A stretch of 64,000 nucleotides of DNA, taken from the NCBI GenBank assembly GCA_948945085.1, contig CARBGY010000002.1, positions 45,065 through 109,064 on the forward strand, written 5' to 3'. Below, piece by piece: positions 59,752 through 64,000 of this stretch; position 1 is the stretch's first letter; each line of letters opens with the position of its first letter. The DNA is from an uncultured Candidatus Saccharibacteria bacterium (GTDB lineage Bacteria; Patescibacteriota; Saccharimonadia; Saccharimonadales; Saccharimonadaceae). The position numbers were made by a program, and so were the translations under genes. The notes below the pieces were generated by a model. That model made no database searches and was not told the origin of the DNA. It saw only the letters and a list, made by a program, of their open reading frames with translations.

Positions 59752-60002
59752 ATTACGAGTGTAAAACTATCTTTTGGAATGACTTTAGTATAGCGGAGCG
59801 TTTTGGAGCAGAGGTAATTAAAGACACTTATAAGAGGGCTAGGGCAGAATGGGAGCGTGATCAGGTTTACGGTACGGAGCTATCTATGATACTTAACCAT
59901 AAATGTTGGTATTGGCACGAAGAGCAGAATATGAGACTTAGCAAGCTTTATGCTGAGCCTCAAGAAGAGTGGCATGGGAGAGTGTTGAAGAGTTGGAAGT
60001 GA
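59739..60002 (+). CDS. Small hypothetical protein
   Basis: 87 aa, overlaps the upstream ORF; FW.DFSIAE.FG...Y.TEL...LNHK.W. Confidence 0.55.
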   Translation: MRLLDYECKTIFWNDFSIAERFGAEVIKDTYKRARAEWERDQVYGTELSMILNHKCWYWHEEQNMRLSKLYAEPQEEWHGRVLKSWK

Positions 60003-60091
60003 GGATCCATAACGCCATTTACAATGGGTAAGCCGACAAGATATTCGGTGTAGATTGAATTATCATTCAACCATGATATAATATTGAATAT

Positions 60092-62254
60092 ATGAAAATT
60101 GATTTGCATTGCCATACGTTGAGCATAAAAGATGGCGAAAGTTCAACACGAAATGTTACTGTGGACATATTTAAACAGAAATTAGTGGCGATGAATGTAG
60201 AAATCGTAGCTATCACTAATCACAATAGATTTGACTTAGAGCAATTCAATTTACTCACAAAAAGCGTAAATGGGATATGTCAAGTATGGGCGGGTGTTGA
60301 ACTTGATATTATAGGCACTAACAATAATAAATATCATATGATTGTTATCTGTAGCCCTTGTAAGGCCAGGGAGTTTAGTGAAGAGATTTCAAAATTAACA
60401 CAAGGGAAAGTGTTGGGAAGCTTCACCGTCGGTGCATTAGAGGCTATCGAAAGGTTAGAAAAACTTGGGTGCATATTTATACCACACTTTCATAAAAAAC
60501 CGACTATAACCGAATCCGAAATTAAGCAAATTAAAGACAAACTAACAAATAAGAATCGGCTGATTTTAGAGCCTCAGAATGTAAATTCAATGGGGATTTT
60601 TATTAACCACGGCATTAGCTCGATTGTTGGCAGTGATGTGAAAGACTGGGATGGGTATCCTGGTAAGGAGCTGCCCGAGCTTAGACTGCGTGTCGATTCA
60701 TTCGAACAATTTTGCCGCTTACTAGATAAGGACCCAGTCGTTGTTAAAACAATTTTAGATAAGAAGACACATAGTACAATTACGATAAATCCGTGTAAAA
60801 ATGACCGTGAAGAAACTAAAGAGGATCATTGTTTCTATCATGATATTAATGTGATTATGGGAGACAAAGGTACAGGCAAGACGGAAGTCATCAAGAGTTT
60901 GAAAAAATATTTTGAGCTAAATAGCATATCCTGCTCAACATATATTAGCAGTGAAACCGCCGATGAACTAGACAAAGAATTAAAGACTAACGACATGAAA
61001 CGCGATACTACAAAAATAGGGATAGACAACTGCGTTGAAGATTTTAGGCTATTACGCTCATGGGGAGACGAGCAGCCCAGAACCATCAGTGGTTATGTCG
61101 CATATCGCAACTCTATAACCAATAAAGAACGGCAGCGTCGCATACAATGGAGTAGGTCAAAAAAACTTAAGACTAGCGAAATCAGCTCTGTGCTAGAGAA
61201 ATCAAAACGTGATCTATCAGCAGTACAAAAAGCCAAGTCTTCATTACACGAGGTCGATACAAATCAATACCTTAAAAATGAAGAAGTCGTTTTGTTCAAT
61301 GATTTGCTCGCCAGATTGTCAGAATCTGTAGTGGCAAAATATAACCATACTATCGAGGAGCATTACGCTATTCAGCTTACAAACTTCACTTTGGATAAGT
61401 TTAAGGATTATACTGCCGCAAAAACGAATACTGCACCCAAGCCGGATAATACTGGGTTCGAGGAGTATGCAATTAATCGGCTTAACCTTGAGAATGCAGT
61501 CCATAATATACTAGCTCCCTTCGATGTTCCATTGGAAAAACGTGAATGTAGGGAGCAAGACTTGATGGGATCAATTGGCGAAAAAGGGAAAATCTTTCTA
61601 GAAAGGCTATATAGGCTACTCAACAACGAGAATGACGAGAATAAAAAATCAAAACATAGCGAATTTAATAATAATATTACTGATTTGAGAAAGATCAAAG
61701 ATCTTTTACAAAGTATTGAAAAATATACCTTGAGAAATGATCAACATTTGCTTGATAAAATAGATGAGGTGAGACAGCTCATTAATAAGAATGGGGTAAA
61801 ATCGTTGGATGATTTTGTTGGTATCTCTAAACGGACCGTTAACGATCAATTAGAGCCTTACCTATTATCAAACGGTGAACGATCTATTTTGTATATTCAA
61901 AAAACCCTTGATGCTGAGGCGGAAGCCTATTTGCTAGATGAACCAGAGCTAAGCATGGCTAACTCATATATAGATGAGGTAATTCGACCGAGGATTATCG
62001 ACTTAGGTCGTAAAAATAAAATCGTTATCATAGCAACACACAATGCAAATTTAGCCGTAAGGACATTACCATACACCACGATGTATCGTTTCCATGGTCA
62101 TTCTGGATATAAAACATATATAGGTAATCCCTTCACTGACAATTTAGTAAACATACGCGACCCAGATGATAAGCTTGATTGGCGCGAAACAAGTATGAAA
62201 ATTCTGGAGGGGGGACGGGAGGCATTCAATGAGAGAAAGGAAATTTATGGGTAA
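60092..62254 (+). CDS. PHP phosphoesterase fused to a coiled-coil ABC-type ATPase (Ppl/TrlF-like defence protein)
   Basis: IDLHCHT, ITNHN, GVEL, PH, GSD; GDKGTGKT, LSNGE, LLDEPE, ATHNAN. Confidence 0.8.
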   Translation: MKIDLHCHTLSIKDGESSTRNVTVDIFKQKLVAMNVEIVAITNHNRFDLEQFNLLTKSVNGICQVWAGVELDIIGTNNNKYHMIVICSPCKAREFSEEISKLTQGKVLGSFTVGALEAIERLEKLGCIFIPHFHKKPTITESEIKQIKDKLTNKNRLILEPQNVNSMGIFINHGISSIVGSDVKDWDGYPGKELPELRLRVDSFEQFCRLLDKDPVVVKTILDKKTHSTITINPCKNDREETKEDHCFYHDINVIMGDKGTGKTEVIKSLKKYFELNSISCSTYISSETADELDKELKTNDMKRDTTKIGIDNCVEDFRLLRSWGDEQPRTISGYVAYRNSITNKERQRRIQWSRSKKLKTSEISSVLEKSKRDLSAVQKAKSSLHEVDTNQYLKNEEVVLFNDLLARLSESVVAKYNHTIEEHYAIQLTNFTLDKFKDYTAAKTNTAPKPDNTGFEEYAINRLNLENAVHNILAPFDVPLEKRECREQDLMGSIGEKGKIFLERLYRLLNNENDENKKSKHSEFNNNITDLRKIKDLLQSIEKYTLRNDQHLLDKIDEVRQLINKNGVKSLDDFVGISKRTVNDQLEPYLLSNGERSILYIQKTLDAEAEAYLLDEPELSMANSYIDEVIRPRIIDLGRKNKIVIIATHNANLAVRTLPYTTMYRFHGHSGYKTYIGNPFTDNLVNIRDPDDKLDWRETSMKILEGGREAFNERKEIYG

Positions 62255-62558
62255 TAGTTCGAAGCGCAAAATTAAAGTTAAATTGAGAAAGGAAGATGCT
62301 TCCGATGTATTGGAGTTCTGTTTGTCTCCAAATCAAACCATTAATCTTAATCAAGATAATCAAGAAGCTATAAAATCAATGTTTTGTACATTAATATCCA
62401 TACTAAAAGATACTGATGTAGTACTGGAACTAGAGACTGAGAAGAATTTTGACTCTGATCTCATGAAAGAAGTAGCAGCTGACTATATCAGAGATTTAAA
62501 TATTGAGATAGATAATGTGCGTACAAAAATTCTTAAAGAGTATAGTACTGATAATTAG
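62247..62558 (+). CDS. Small acidic protein coupled to the PHP-ATPase
   Basis: ATG 62247 after AAAGGA overlaps the upstream stop. Confidence 0.6.
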   Translation: MGNSSKRKIKVKLRKEDASDVLEFCLSPNQTINLNQDNQEAIKSMFCTLISILKDTDVVLELETEKNFDSDLMKEVAADYIRDLNIEIDNVRTKILKEYSTDN

Positions 62559-62582
62559 GGCTTGTCCGTCAATGCCAGGTGT

Positions 62583-62885
62583 CTATTCGTTCTCTAGAAA
62601 AGCCGTTAAAGCCGAGCGAACTATGCCCGACCACAGTTTATATAAATGCGATCTTAGTGAATTTGACCCCTGTAAAATGGGTGAATTTTTTGTTATACAC
62701 CCAGATTTGGCATTTTTCATAAGTTCTTGTTCAATTTTGCGTTTGCCTTCATCTATAACTTGCACCTATTCATATGATTTTGCATCTATTAGTTTGGCTG
62801 TTATAGCCTTAGCGGATTTTTGCGGAACAACAATTGGGTTTGCTTCTAACTCGTTAATATCGTTAATTTGGCGGAGAGTGGACCC
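62583..62885 (-). pseudogene. Start-less gene remnant with in-frame TAG
   Basis: STLRQINDINELEANPIVVPQKSAKAITAKLIDAKSYE*VQVIDEGKRK...LWSGIVRSALTAFLENE; TAG at 62768-62766. Confidence 0.3.
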
Positions 62886-62887
62886 TA

Positions 62888-63916
62888 CTACAATATTAAG
62901 TCATCCCCATCTTTTAACCCCGCTTGCAATGCTTTTTTCTGCATAAAATCATAGCTCCTATCAACTTCAACATATTCTAAATTATCACTCTGTATCTTAC
63001 CGTAAATTGCTATGCCATATTCTGATGTAAAATTTGGATTTTGATACATACTCCTAACGTCAGGGCAATAATTTTCATCTGCAAGTTGCTTAAAACTTGG
63101 TATATTCTGCAATATTTTATCATAGTTTGCTTCGGTAGTCATGCCATCCCTTAGTCCAGCAACATCACCAAAACTCGCCTTGTTGCCGTCAATGTCTTCT
63201 ATAGGAATAAGGTAGATACGATTTTTCCCTTTGCAGAAGTTATGAGCTAATCTCACTCCGCGCGTTTTTGCTTCGAGAACTTTGTCAGCAGGAAAATCTT
63301 TCTTTTCGGAGATTTTTTGACTAAGCACTCTTGACCAGTATACCTCTTCTTTTTCACCAACTTTTGGAGGAAATGGCAATTCGTGTGTAGCTGAGCACTG
63401 AAATACGTCTTCAAAAATTACTGCCGGAAATGCCTGTGTGGCATAGTTTACTTCAGTGGTGCCAGGGAGCGTGACATATAGAATATCTAGCGCGTCATTA
63501 GACAAGTTAATTTGTTTGCCAAAACACTCGGCAATATATTTTGCATCTTCAATATCTTCATCGCGAAGCCTGAGGCCACTCATGCCATTCTTGTCGATTT
63601 GCTCGCTAAAATAACTACTTTGTCCCGATGCTAAAAACGAAGCTTTAGTCGTACAGTTAAAATCTTCAACTTTTCGCATAACCTCCCAGTCATCATGTCC
63701 AGCTGGTAGCGCTAAATCATAAATTGCTTGCAGTTCCCGATTTTGCCTTGTCATATAGTTTTTCGCCACTTCAGCATCGTCACTACCTCCATACTCGGTG
63801 CGCAGTTTTTTCATATGTTCGAAAAAATTCGGCATTTTGCCCAAAATTTGTTCAAATTTTGACGGTTGTCTCGAGGTGTTTTCACCATTTGGCAGAGCTT
63901 CATGCCTACTCATCAT
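62888..63916 (-). CDS. Hypothetical protein
   Basis: 342-aa ORF with no recognised motif. Confidence 0.7.
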   Translation of the reverse strand: MMSRHEALPNGENTSRQPSKFEQILGKMPNFFEHMKKLRTEYGGSDDAEVAKNYMTRQNRELQAIYDLALPAGHDDWEVMRKVEDFNCTTKASFLASGQSSYFSEQIDKNGMSGLRLRDEDIEDAKYIAECFGKQINLSNDALDILYVTLPGTTEVNYATQAFPAVIFEDVFQCSATHELPFPPKVGEKEEVYWSRVLSQKISEKKDFPADKVLEAKTRGVRLAHNFCKGKNRIYLIPIEDIDGNKASFGDVAGLRDGMTTEANYDKILQNIPSFKQLADENYCPDVRSMYQNPNFTSEYGIAIYGKIQSDNLEYVEVDRSYDFMQKKALQAGLKDGDDLIL

Positions 63917-64000
63917 GTATATTTCTCTTTACGCCCACCTCCCGGTGGATTTATTTTACTAGCTAGCAGCATATTTTTCCATTACGATTATCTAATACGA

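Noticed and set aside
1..64000. A complete DGR or retron locus
   Set aside because: No ORF with reverse transcriptase motifs, no Avd-like gene and no AAY-rich template repeat were recognised, so only VR-like cassettes are claimed.
1..64000. Alternative genetic code (TGA = Gly/Trp)
   Set aside because: Conserved genes are full length under code 11 and TGA acts as a stop in ATGA overlaps.

Overview
A 64-kb chromosomal segment, most likely from a host-associated Saccharibacteria (CPR/Patescibacteria) genome. This is inferred from the minor-pilin cluster, CPR-type VirB6-like protein, short HrcA and compact core genes; genetic code 11 fits. Core genes include ruvB, tpiA, tyrS, a class A PBP, hrcA-grpE with a CIRCE, an adk-like kinase, pgi, yebC, ftsH and seven tRNAs. 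They are interleaved with single accessory genes, an agmatine-catabolism block (ptcA and aguD, with arcC 46 kb away), a candidate three-gene toxin module, and a GmrSD + PHP-ATPase defence island after tRNA-Pro. The main unexplained signal is six dispersed ~200-270 bp intergenic cassettes in two families. Each encodes only the C-terminal segment (VRSG/VRGG ... PIRC/SVRC) of a C-type-lectin-fold, Fib_succ_major-like protein. They have near-identical nucleotide anchors at both ends, hypervariable interiors, shared non-coding tails and adjacent hairpins. They resemble silent diversification cassettes or orphan DGR variable regions, but no reverse transcriptase or full-length target gene is in the window. 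A second pattern is that many core genes appear leaderless (TGnTATAAT-N6/7-ATG), while accessory genes use -35/-10 promoters, leaders and Shine-Dalgarno sites. All family calls are by motif recognition; no database searches were run.
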